Of a stretch of 64,000 nt of DNA, positions 36,609 through 44,873 are shown in pieces. A program made the translations under genes and the position numbers. The notes under the pieces are model-generated. The model saw nothing but the letters and a program-made list of their open reading frames with translations, did not search any database and had not been told where the DNA came from. Origin of the DNA: Gaiellaceae bacterium (lineage in GTDB: Bacteria > Actinomycetota > Thermoleophilia > Gaiellales > Gaiellaceae); contig DASTQA010000051.1 of the NCBI GenBank assembly GCA_035762005.1, forward strand, positions 633 to 64,632. The letters are read 5' to 3'. Numbering within the stretch: position 1 is the first letter of the stretch; every line of letters starts with the position of its first letter.

Positions 36609-38105
36609 ATGACCTTGCGGCAACTCCTCACACGCCAGGACGGCATGACGCTCATCATGGCGGTGGGCATCCTCGGCATGCTCTCGCTGACGGGCGCGAC
36701 GCTCATCTACTACTCGAGCACGAACGCGCGCAGCGTCGAGTACTCCGTGCGCAACGCGAGCGCCTACGACCTCGCCGAGGCCGGCATCGACGAGATGATG
36801 GCGGTGCTCTCGAAGCCGACGAACAACGCGCTCCTGCCCGACGTCCTGCCGGAGACGACGCACGAGTACGACAGCGGGACGGTCACGTGGTCGGGCACGC
36901 TCGACCAGCTCACGCAGACGTGGTCGCTCACCTCGACGGGGAGGATCGACAACCCGACCGGGACGGCGACGAGCGACGTCACGCGCACGCTGACCGCGAA
37001 GGTGCCGGTGACGCCGACGCTCACCCAGCCGCTCAACAACCCGGCGTGGAACTACATCTACGCGACGAGCACGGGCCAGCCGTGCGACATGACGGTCGCC
37101 CAGAACGTCTCGGGCTCCTCGCGCCTCTACGTCGAGGGCAATCTCTGCCTGGAGAACAACGTCGCGATCACGCAGACGTCGCTCCTCGTCAAGGGCAACC
37201 TCGACCTCGCGAACAACGCGCGCGTCGGCGCCGCGACGAGCATGAGCACCCGCGTCGAGACCTACGTGGGCGGCAGCTGCCGCTACGGCGGCGGCTCGTG
37301 GGCGACCCCGTGCAGCGGGAACCAGGACGCCCGGCGCATCTACTCGAAGATGGGCGCTCCCGACTACACGGTCGGCGTCAACACCTCTGTCCCCGTCATC
37401 GCCGCGCCCTCGGCCGACGTCTCGGCTTGGTACGCGAACTCCATCCCGGGCCCCTCGCTCGATTGCAGCTCGGCCAACGGCGCCCGCAGCGGCACGCCGC
37501 CGACGTGGGACAACGACGGCGTCCGCAACAACAGCGTGCCGCTGTTCGAGCTGACCGCCGCCTCCTCGTACACCTGCCGCGTCGGGCCGGCCAACAACCC
37601 GACGGGCGAGCTCTCGTGGAACGCGGCGACGAAGGTGCTGACCGTGTACGGCACGATGTTCATCGACGGCAGCCTCACGATCACGAACGGGACCCTCAAC
37701 TCCTACAACGGCCAGGCGACGATCTACCTCTCCGGGACGCTCTACCTCGGGAACAACACGAAGCTCTGCGGCGGCGTCTCGGGCTCGAGCTGCGACTTCG
37801 GGGCCTGGAACCCGAACACGGAGATGCTCACGTTCGTGACCGGCGGGAGCGGCGGGCTCGCGGGGACCGACGTGGGGATCCTCGTCGCGAACAACGGCCA
37901 GTTCCAGGGCGGCCTCTTCTCGCAGTACGCGGTCCGCTTCACGAACAACTCGCGCTCGGACGGGCCGATCGTCGGCTCGACGATGATCTTCGACAACAAC
38001 GTCACGAACGACCAGTTCCCGACCATCACGACGGTGCCGGTCGGCATGCCGGGCAACCCGGCCGTCTACGCCCAGCCGAACCCGCCGCAGCTCTACAGCG
38101 GCTAA
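36609..38105 (+). CDS. PilX-N-terminal-like pilus-associated protein with large Asn/Thr/Gly-rich beta-helix-like domain
   Basis: N-terminus QDGMTLIMAVGILGMLSLTGATLIYY. Repeats of the GNLxLxNN type. Visibly lower GC and Asn-rich compared with its neighbours. Confidence 0.7.
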   Translation: MTLRQLLTRQDGMTLIMAVGILGMLSLTGATLIYYSSTNARSVEYSVRNASAYDLAEAGIDEMMAVLSKPTNNALLPDVLPETTHEYDSGTVTWSGTLDQLTQTWSLTSTGRIDNPTGTATSDVTRTLTAKVPVTPTLTQPLNNPAWNYIYATSTGQPCDMTVAQNVSGSSRLYVEGNLCLENNVAITQTSLLVKGNLDLANNARVGAATSMSTRVETYVGGSCRYGGGSWATPCSGNQDARRIYSKMGAPDYTVGVNTSVPVIAAPSADVSAWYANSIPGPSLDCSSANGARSGTPPTWDNDGVRNNSVPLFELTAASSYTCRVGPANNPTGELSWNAATKVLTVYGTMFIDGSLTITNGTLNSYNGQATIYLSGTLYLGNNTKLCGGVSGSSCDFGAWNPNTEMLTFVTGGSGGLAGTDVGILVANNGQFQGGLFSQYAVRFTNNSRSDGPIVGSTMIFDNNVTNDQFPTITTVPVGMPGNPAVYAQPNPPQLYSG

Positions 38106-38130
38106 CGTCCCCGCCCTCCCGCGCCGATAG
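38103..38130 (+). promoter_or_regulatory. sigma-28-type promoter candidate (TAAC-N16-GCCGATAG) for pilD
   Basis: GCCGATAG at 38123-38130, 9 nt upstream of ATG 38140. Confidence 0.45.
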
Positions 38131-38139
38131 CTCGTAAGG

Positions 38140-38892
38140 ATGAACGTCGCCCTGGCCGTCGCCGCGCTCCCGCCCGCGCTCGCGCTCGGGAGCTTCCTGA
38201 ACGTCGTCGCCGCCCGCCTCCCCGAGGGCCGCTCGCTCGTCTCGCCGCCCTCGGCCTGCGGCTCCTGCGGGACGCGCATCTCCTGGCGCGACAACCTCCC
38301 CGTGCTCTCGTACGTGCTCCTGCGCGGACGCTGCCGGCACTGCGGCGTCCGGATCGGCGCGCGCTACGTCGCCGTCGAGCTCGGCACGGCGCTCCTCGTC
38401 GCCGCCTGCTTCCTCCACCTCGGCCTCACGGCGGACGCGTTCGTCGCCTCCGTCTTCGTCTCGGTCCTCGTCGTCCTCTCGGCGATCGACGTCGAGCGGC
38501 GGATCCTGCCGGACGCGATCGTGCTGCCCGCGACGGCGGTCGTCCTCACGGCGCAGCTCGCCCTCCACCCCGGGCAGGCGCTCGAATGGGTGCTGGCCGC
38601 GCTCGGCGCCTCGCTCTTTCTCTTCCTCGCGCTCCTCGCCTACCCCAGGGGCATGGGGATGGGGGACGTGAAGCTCTGCCTCCTGCTGGGGGCGATGCTC
38701 GGCGCCGAGGTTCTCCCCGCGCTCATGGTCGGCATGCTGGCCGCCCTCGTTCCCTCGGCGGTCCTCTTCGTCCGGCACGGCGCCGCGGCGCGGAAGATGT
38801 TCATCCCCTTCGGGCCCTTCCTCGCCTTCGGCGGCGTCGTCGCCCTCTTCGCCGGCGAGGCGCTCCTCGACGCCTACCTCGGCAGCTTCTAG
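38140..38892 (+). CDS. pilD: prepilin peptidase (A24 family)
   Basis: CxxC...CxxC N-terminal region (CGSCGTRI...CRHCG). Catalytic Asp motifs SAIDVERRILPD and GMGDVKL. Confidence 0.9.
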   Translation: MNVALAVAALPPALALGSFLNVVAARLPEGRSLVSPPSACGSCGTRISWRDNLPVLSYVLLRGRCRHCGVRIGARYVAVELGTALLVAACFLHLGLTADAFVASVFVSVLVVLSAIDVERRILPDAIVLPATAVVLTAQLALHPGQALEWVLAALGASLFLFLALLAYPRGMGMGDVKLCLLLGAMLGAEVLPALMVGMLAALVPSAVLFVRHGAAARKMFIPFGPFLAFGGVVALFAGEALLDAYLGSF

Positions 38893-38920
38893 GCCGGCTC
38901 GTCAACCCCCCTCTCAGGGA

Positions 38921-38940
38921 TATCGGCGCCGAGCCGATAA
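38921..38940 (+). promoter_or_regulatory. inverted repeat TATCGGC-N5-GCCGATA containing a sigma-28-type -10 box (GCCGATAA) for pilB
   Basis: GCCGATAA at 38933-38940, 9 nt upstream of GTG 38950. The left arm is the reverse complement, so a box also faces the opposite direction. Confidence 0.45.
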
Positions 38941-38949
38941 CCCGTAAGG

Positions 38950-40797
38950 GTGGAGTTCGACGACCTTCAGCCGCTCCGGCGCGCAGGCGCCGGCGAGGGG
39001 GAGGAGCCCACCGGGCCCTCTCCCGAGTACCCGCAGGGCGCGGGCATCTCGCCGAACCCGGTCACCCAGCTCGTGGCCGACCTGATCGAGGCGACCGGCC
39101 TCGTCGCGCTCGACCGGCTCGCGAGCGCGCGCTCCCGCGCGGGCACCGGATCGCTCGCCGAGGCGATCATGGACGAGCAGCTGAACGCGCCCGGCGTGGA
39201 GCTCGAGGTGCCCGGCCTGCGCCCGGGGGGCGGGCCGACGGCGAGCGACGAGGCGAGGGACCTCGCCGAGCGCCTGCACCTGCCCTACGTCGATCTCTCC
39301 TCGAGCGGCGTCGAGAAGGCGGCCGCCGAGTCGATCCCGATCCACGTCCTCGAGCGCGCGGGCGCCCTCCCCTTCAAGATCGAGGGCGACCGGCTCAAGG
39401 TCGCGGTCGCCGACCCGACGAACGTCCAGGCGATCGACGAGCTCCGACTCGCGACGCGGCGCACGCTCGACGTCCACGTCGCGCCCCGCGAGGACGTCGA
39501 CCTCGAGCTCCGCCGCCTCCAGCGGGCGAGCGAGGCGTGGGAGCGGGCGGCCCTGGTCGAGGAGGAGTTCGACCTCGACGAGGAGGAGGCCGGGGACGAC
39601 CTCGAGGCCGAGGACGGCGTCTCCGACGCGCCGCTCGTGCGCCTCGTCAACTCGATCATCCTCCAGGCCGCCGAGGACGGGGCCAGCGACCTCCACTTCG
39701 ACCCCCAGGACGACGCGCTCGTCGTCCGCCTCCGCGTGGACGGGGTCCTCCACGAGGTGCAGCGGATCCCGAGGCGCCTCGCCGCCGGGGTGACCACGCG
39801 CCTCAAGGTTCTCGCCAAGCTCGACATCGCCGAGCGGCGCAAGCCGCAGGACGGGCGCATCTCCCTGAACGCGAGGGCCGCCGGACGCCTCCTCGACATC
39901 CGCGTCGCGGTGCTGCCGACGGTCGAGGGCGAGGGCGTCGTCATGCGCCTCCTCGACAAGTCGAAGCGCCCGCCGACGCTCTCGGAGCTCGGCCTCTCCG
40001 ACGAGATGCGGGCGGTCTTCGAGGACATCATCCGCAAGCCGACGGGGGCGCTCCTCGTCACCGGGCCGACCGGCTCGGGGAAGTCGACGACGCTCTACGC
40101 CTCGCTCAACGAGATCAACCGGCCGGAGGTCAACGTCATCACGGTCGAGGACCCGGTCGAGTACCGCCTCACCGGCCTCAACCAGGTGCAGGTGAACCCG
40201 CGCGCGGGGCTCACGTTCTCCTCGGCGCTCCGCTCGATCCTCCGCTCCGACCCCGACGTCGTCATGGTCGGCGAGATCCGCGACGCCGAGACGGCGAAGA
40301 TGGCGATCGAGGCCGCCCTCACCGGCCACTTCGTCCTCTCGACGCTCCACACGAACGACGCGCCGAGCGCGCTCACGCGGCTGAACGAGATGGGCGTGGA
40401 GCCGTTCCTCACCGGCTCCGCCGTGACGGCCGTGCTCGCCCAGCGCCTCGCCCGGAAGCTCTGCACGCACTGCTGCGAGATGTACATGGCGACGAGGCAG
40501 GAGATGCTCGAGGCGCGCTTCAGCGCCGAGCAGGCCGCCGCCGCCGACGGCGTCGCGCTCTACCGCAAGCGCGGCTGCCCGCGCTGCAACCAGACGGGCT
40601 ACAAGGGCCGCATCGGCGTCTACCAGCTCATGGTCATGAGCGAGGACCTGGGCCGGCTCGCCTCCCAGCACGCGAGCCGCGAGGAGCTCGAGCGCGCAGC
40701 GCTCGACATGGGCATGAAGACCCTCTGGGACGACGGCCTCGCGAAGGTCACCTCGGGCCTCACCTCGCTCGAGGAGCTGGCCCGGGTCCTCGTCTAG
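38950..40797 (+). CDS. pilB: type IV pilus assembly ATPase PilB (GspE family)
   Basis: N-terminal GSPII-like domain, Walker A GPTGSGKSTT, EDPVEY, GEIRD, tetracysteine CTHCC...CPRCN. Confidence 0.92.
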   Translation: MEFDDLQPLRRAGAGEGEEPTGPSPEYPQGAGISPNPVTQLVADLIEATGLVALDRLASARSRAGTGSLAEAIMDEQLNAPGVELEVPGLRPGGGPTASDEARDLAERLHLPYVDLSSSGVEKAAAESIPIHVLERAGALPFKIEGDRLKVAVADPTNVQAIDELRLATRRTLDVHVAPREDVDLELRRLQRASEAWERAALVEEEFDLDEEEAGDDLEAEDGVSDAPLVRLVNSIILQAAEDGASDLHFDPQDDALVVRLRVDGVLHEVQRIPRRLAAGVTTRLKVLAKLDIAERRKPQDGRISLNARAAGRLLDIRVAVLPTVEGEGVVMRLLDKSKRPPTLSELGLSDEMRAVFEDIIRKPTGALLVTGPTGSGKSTTLYASLNEINRPEVNVITVEDPVEYRLTGLNQVQVNPRAGLTFSSALRSILRSDPDVVMVGEIRDAETAKMAIEAALTGHFVLSTLHTNDAPSALTRLNEMGVEPFLTGSAVTAVLAQRLARKLCTHCCEMYMATRQEMLEARFSAEQAAAADGVALYRKRGCPRCNQTGYKGRIGVYQLMVMSEDLGRLASQHASREELERAALDMGMKTLWDDGLAKVTSGLTSLEELARVLV

Positions 40798-40800
40798 GGC

Positions 40801-41064
40801 CTAGGTGACGTCGCAGCCGAGGTACTCGAGGATCGTGACGGTCTCGCGGATGAAGGTGTCCGCTTCCTCGCGCGTGCCGAAGCGGTAGGGGCCCGGGCGG
40901 AGCGGCTCGACGACGAGGCCGTCGACGGGGTAGACCTCGCACTCCACGAGGTAGCCCGCGTCGTCCTCGACGTAGCGCATGCGCACGAGCTCGCGGCTGT
41001 CCTTGCGCGCCGAGCGGAGGGCGAGCTCCTGCGGCTCGTTCGCCGGCTCTCCGAGCCTGCTCAT
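40801..41064 (-). CDS. hypothetical 87-aa protein
   Basis: MSRLGEPANEPQEL...TILEYLGCDVT. Balanced composition. Its ATG overlaps the upstream gene's stop (ATGA). Confidence 0.5.
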   Translation of the reverse strand: MSRLGEPANEPQELALRSARKDSRELVRMRYVEDDAGYLVECEVYPVDGLVVEPLRPGPYRFGTREEADTFIRETVTILEYLGCDVT

Positions 41065-41939
41065 CGGAGCGCGTTCTGGACGGCCTGCGCGATCGTCTCG
41101 CGGTCCGCGACGCGGTCGAAGCGTGCGACCGGCTTCGGCCCGCGGGTGAAGACCAGGACGGCCGGCGCCTCCTTGACCTCGTGGGCCCCGGCGAGGCCGG
41201 AGACCTCCCGGTTGCGCGCGACGTTCACGGGCAGGAAGCCGGCGTCCACGGAGAGCGCCGCGGCCCGTGCCTCCATGACGAGCGTCCCGTCGAGCCCGGC
41301 GTTGGGCGTGTAGAAGAGTACGACGACCGCCCGCTTGGCGAAGAGCATCCACTCGAGCGCGACCGGCGCGGGCATCGTGCCCTGCGGCTTCCGCCAGGAG
41401 CTCTCGGCGCCGTTCCGCCAGGTGCACTTGCGTGCGCCCAGGCGCCGCACGATCGCGTCGAAGCGGGAATCCTCGGAGACGAGCTCGGACCTGCGCTCGA
41501 GATCGCCGCGCCGCAACGCGGCGAGCCCGCGCCGGAGCGTCCGGTCGCCCTCGGCGAGCTCGGCCCTGGCGGCGAGGACGGCGCGTCGCTCCCCCCGCGG
41601 CCAGCCGGCCGCGACGAAGCCTTCCCGGAGCGTCGACAACGAGCGCCGCAGCCCGACGAGCGCGGTCTCGATGTCCTTCGGCGCCGGGTACTTCGGGAGC
41701 TCGAGCGGGCCCACCTCCGCCTTCAGCGTGGCGCAGAGCGCGTCGACCTGCTCGGCCCAGGCGTCCGCCTCGACGGCGCGGCCGACGGCCGGCGCGGGCT
41801 CCGGGGCCGTGGTCGTCGCGACGGGCGGCGCCGAGCCGGGCTCGGGCGCCTGCCCGAACGCGTAGGCGCCGAAGCCCGCGCCGAGGAGGCCGAGGACGGC
41901 GATGGGGAGGAGCACCCGGAGTCGAGGCTGCTGCCGCAT
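41061..41939 (-). CDS. membrane-anchored hypothetical protein, C-terminus possibly thioredoxin-fold (no CxxC)
   Basis: N-terminal TM (LRVLLPIAVLGLLGAGFGAYAF). C-terminal region AVVVLFYTPNAGLDG...APAVLVFTRG resembles a thioredoxin-like beta-alpha-beta unit. Confidence 0.55.
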   Translation of the reverse strand: MRQQPRLRVLLPIAVLGLLGAGFGAYAFGQAPEPGSAPPVATTTAPEPAPAVGRAVEADAWAEQVDALCATLKAEVGPLELPKYPAPKDIETALVGLRRSLSTLREGFVAAGWPRGERRAVLAARAELAEGDRTLRRGLAALRRGDLERRSELVSEDSRFDAIVRRLGARKCTWRNGAESSWRKPQGTMPAPVALEWMLFAKRAVVVLFYTPNAGLDGTLVMEARAAALSVDAGFLPVNVARNREVSGLAGAHEVKEAPAVLVFTRGPKPVARFDRVADRETIAQAVQNALR

Positions 41940-41949
41940 ACAGGCTTCC

Positions 41950-41977
41950 GTATCGGCACCCGGCGGGCGGTGCTTAA
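41950..41977 (-). promoter_or_regulatory. sigma-28-type promoter candidate (TTAA-N16-GCCGATAC)
   Basis: The minus strand reads GCCGATAC at 41957-41950, 10 nt upstream of ATG 41939. Confidence 0.4.
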
Positions 41978-42004
41978 ATACAGAGGGCGCGGTCTCCCGC
42001 GCCC
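41976..42004 (-). terminator. intrinsic terminator of pilA
   Basis: Minus-strand RNA GGGCGCGG-GAGA-CCGCGCCC followed by UCUGUAUUUAAG, beginning about 25 nt after the pilA stop. Confidence 0.75.
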
Positions 42005-42029
42005 TCCGGCGATTCCGCTCGGGGCCCGA

Positions 42030-42422
42030 CTAGCAGGCGCCCTGCGTGATGTCCGCTGCCGGGCCGGCCTTGTTGTACGTGGCCTGGCCGACGACGCTCT
42101 GGATGCAGTACGACGCGGCGGTCGCGCGGACGACGTTGACGTTCTTGATGCCGGCGTCGTAGGACGCCTTCAGGACGGCGGACGTCAGACCGACGTAGCC
42201 GCTCGCGGTGTGGTCGGCGTAGTACGCCTCCACGCCGGGGATCGCAGCCCGCACGTTCGCCTGGGCCGCCGAGTTCTCCGCGCGAGCGCGGAAGCTCAAG
42301 TACGACGGGATGGCGATCGCGAGCAGGATGCCGATGATGATGATCACGACGAGGAGCTCGATGAGGGTGAAGCCGCCCTCTTTCTCCGAGACCGTGATCC
42401 GCTGCCTGAGCCTCTGAATCAT
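42030..42422 (-). CDS. pilA: type IV major pilin
   Basis: 130 aa. MIQRLRQRITVSEKEGG/FTLIELLVVIIIIGILLAIAIPSYL. C-terminal Cys pair (C105, C130). Strong SD GGAAGGAG upstream. Confidence 0.92.
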   Translation of the reverse strand: MIQRLRQRITVSEKEGGFTLIELLVVIIIIGILLAIAIPSYLSFRARAENSAAQANVRAAIPGVEAYYADHTASGYVGLTSAVLKASYDAGIKNVNVVRATAASYCIQSVVGQATYNKAGPAADITQGAC

Positions 42423-42482
42423 GAGCGGACTCCTTCCATTCGAGCGAGTGACGTACATAGGCGTGCAGTGGCTCACGAGCTG

Positions 42483-42490
42483 GTATCGGC
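42483..42490 (-). promoter_or_regulatory. GCCGATAC box upstream of pilA (-10 only)
   Basis: Minus-strand GCCGATAC lies 60 nt upstream of the pilA ATG, giving a leader with an SD, unlike the other sites. No convincing -35. Confidence 0.35.
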
Positions 42491-42539
42491 TCGGACGAGC
42501 GGCCGGGAATCCCCTCGATTGAGGGATTTTCCGGGCCCC

Positions 42540-42567
42540 TTTAGCGACCGCCGCCCGCTGCCGATAG
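42540..42567 (+). promoter_or_regulatory. sigma-28-type promoter candidate (TTTA-N16-GCCGATAG) for pilT-2/pilMNO
   Basis: GCCGATAG at 42560-42567, 17 nt upstream of ATG 42585. Confidence 0.45.
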
Positions 42568-42584
42568 CTCCGGCGGGGACACCC

Positions 42585-43799
42585 ATGGAACCCACGTCGC
42601 AGCCGACCCCTCAGCCCCTCCCGGAGCCCGCCCCCGCGGCCGAGCCGGGCGCGCCCGCGCCCCAGCCGAAGCGGCCCGCGGGCTCGATCGACGACCTCCT
42701 CGAGCAGGTGGTCGCTCGCGGCGCGTCCGACCTCCACCTGGCCGTGGGCTCCGAGCCCGTCGTCCGCGTGAACGGGCGGCTGCAGCGGCTCGACGAGTTC
42801 ACGCGCCTCGCCCCCGAGGACACCCAGCGGATGCTCTACCGCATCCTCTCGACCGAGCAGCAGAAGCAGTTCGAGATCAAGCGGCAGATCGACATCTCCT
42901 ACTCGATCCCCGGGCTCGCGCGCTTCCGCGTCAACGTCTACTTCCAGCGCGAGAGCCTCGGCGCCGCCTTCCGTCTCATCCCCGCCGAGCTGAAGACGCT
43001 CGAGCAGCTCGGGCTCCCGCCCATCCTCCACGAGTTCACGACGAAGCCGCGCGGGCTCGTGCTCGTCACCGGCCCGACCGGCTCGGGCAAGTCGACGACG
43101 CTCGCCGCGGTCATCGACGAGATCAACCGCACGCGCGACGACCACATCATGACCATCGAGGACCCGATCGAGTTCCTCCACCGCCACAAGCGCTGCATCG
43201 TCAACCAGCGCGAGATCGGCCCCGACGCGACGACGTTCGCCGAGGCCCTCCGCGGCGCGCTCCGCCAGGACCCGGACGTGATCCTCCTCGGCGAGATGCG
43301 CGACCTCGAGACGATCGCGACCGCGCTCACCGCGGCCGAGACCGGGCACCTCGTCTTCGCGACGCTGCACACGCAGGACGCCCCCTCGACGGTCGACCGC
43401 CTGATCGACGTCTTCCCCGCCGCCCAGCAGGAGCAGGTGCGCGTGCAGATCGCGAGCACGCTCCAGGGGATCGTCACCCAGACCCTCCTGCCGACGAGGG
43501 ACGGGCTCGGCCGGGTCGCCGCGCTCGAGGTGCTGCTGCCCGACGACGCGGTCCGGAACCTCATCCGCCAGGCGAAGGTCGAGCAGGTCTACTCGGTCAT
43601 GCAGACCAACACCTCGCGCGGGATGCAGACGCTCGAGCAGGCGCTCCTCGACCTCGTCCGCCTGGGCAAGGTCTCGCTGGAGGTCGCGCTCATGCGCTCG
43701 AGCCGGCCCGACCAGCTCAAGGGCCTCCTCCAGCGGAACGGCCTGCTCGCCCTCGACGAGGACGCCGCCGCCGGCGGCCTCCGCGTGGCGGGGAGGTAG
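42585..43799 (+). CDS. pilT: type IV pilus retraction ATPase PilT (copy 2, Pro-rich N-terminal extension)
   Basis: ATG at 42585 inside track ORF 41181..43799. GPTGSGKSTT, EDPIEF, GEMRD, AETGHLVFATLHT. Confidence 0.9.
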   Translation: MEPTSQPTPQPLPEPAPAAEPGAPAPQPKRPAGSIDDLLEQVVARGASDLHLAVGSEPVVRVNGRLQRLDEFTRLAPEDTQRMLYRILSTEQQKQFEIKRQIDISYSIPGLARFRVNVYFQRESLGAAFRLIPAELKTLEQLGLPPILHEFTTKPRGLVLVTGPTGSGKSTTLAAVIDEINRTRDDHIMTIEDPIEFLHRHKRCIVNQREIGPDATTFAEALRGALRQDPDVILLGEMRDLETIATALTAAETGHLVFATLHTQDAPSTVDRLIDVFPAAQQEQVRVQIASTLQGIVTQTLLPTRDGLGRVAALEVLLPDDAVRNLIRQAKVEQVYSVMQTNTSRGMQTLEQALLDLVRLGKVSLEVALMRSSRPDQLKGLLQRNGLLALDEDAAAGGLRVAGR

Positions 43800-43802
43800 C
43801 CC

Positions 43803-44870
43803 GTGGCCAGGCAGGTCGTCGGCCTCAAGATCGGCGCCTCGGGCCTCACGGCCGCGCGGCTCGCCCTGAACGGCTCCGCCGAGCTCCTCCAGCTCGCCGA
43901 GTCGCCGCTGCCCGAGGGCGTGATCGCGGGCGGCGAGGTGCGCGACGTTGCGCGCCTCGCGGCCGCGCTGAAGGAGTTCTTCAAGCGCCACAAGCTGCCG
44001 AAGCGGAACGTCCGGATCGGCGTCGCGAACAACCGCATCGGCGTCCGCACGGTCGACATCGCCGGCATCGAGGACGAGAAGCAGCTCGCGAACGCCGTGC
44101 GCTTCCGGGCCCAGGAGGCGCTCCCGATCCCGATCGACCAGGCCGTCCTCGACTTCCACGTCCTCTCGGAGGGCACCGGCCCCGACGGGCAGCCCGTCCG
44201 GCGCGTCCTCCTCGTCGTCGCCTACCGCGACCTCGTCGCCGGCTACGCCGAGGCCTGCCGCCTCGCGGGCGTCCGCCTCGCCGGGGTCGACCTGGAGGCC
44301 TTCGCCCTCCTGCGCGCGCTCACCCCCGCCGGCCCCGCGCCCGCGCCCGGGAGCGAGCGGAGCGCGCTCGTCGCCGTCTCCCTCGGCTCCGAGCGCTGCG
44401 TGCTCGCCGTCTCCGACGGCTGGAGCTGCGAGTTCACCCGCATCCTCGACTGGGGCGGGAACGCGCTCACGATCGCCGTCGGCCGGACCCTCGAGGTCGA
44501 GATCGGGGAGGCGGAGCGCGTGAAGGTCGAGCTCGGCCTCCAGGGGGAGACCGTCCCGCCGGGGCTGACGCCCGAGCGGGCGGTCCAGGCGCGCGAGGCG
44601 CTCGCGACGAGCCTCCAGGGCTTCGGGCGCGAGCTCGTGTCCTCGCTCCAGTTCTACCAGGGCCAGCCCGACTCGCTCGGCATCCGCGAGATCGTCATCG
44701 CCGGCGGCACGGCCCGCCTGCCCGGCCTCGCGAGCGAGCTCCAGCGCCTCGTCGGCGTCCCCGTCCGGGTCGGGGACCCGCTCGTCGGGGTCGCCGTCGG
44801 CAAGAAGCTCAAGGGCGAGGCGCCGGACGCCTCGCACGCGGTTCCGATCGGCCTCGGCCTGGCGGTCTAG
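43803..44870 (+). CDS. pilM: type IV pilus assembly protein PilM (actin-like ATPase fold)
   Basis: VVGLKIGASGLTAA...NRIGVRTVDI...EALPIPIDQAVLDF. 355 aa. Precedes pilN and pilO. Confidence 0.85.
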   Translation: MARQVVGLKIGASGLTAARLALNGSAELLQLAESPLPEGVIAGGEVRDVARLAAALKEFFKRHKLPKRNVRIGVANNRIGVRTVDIAGIEDEKQLANAVRFRAQEALPIPIDQAVLDFHVLSEGTGPDGQPVRRVLLVVAYRDLVAGYAEACRLAGVRLAGVDLEAFALLRALTPAGPAPAPGSERSALVAVSLGSERCVLAVSDGWSCEFTRILDWGGNALTIAVGRTLEVEIGEAERVKVELGLQGETVPPGLTPERAVQAREALATSLQGFGRELVSSLQFYQGQPDSLGIREIVIAGGTARLPGLASELQRLVGVPVRVGDPLVGVAVGKKLKGEAPDASHAVPIGLGLAV

Positions 44871-44873
44871 GCC

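Noticed and set aside
42423-42584. Sigma-54 promoter (GG-N10-GC) upstream of pilA, as in many proteobacterial pilin genes.
   Set aside because: No TGGCAC-N5-TTGC-like element could be found by eye on the pilA strand. A GCCGATAC box is present instead.
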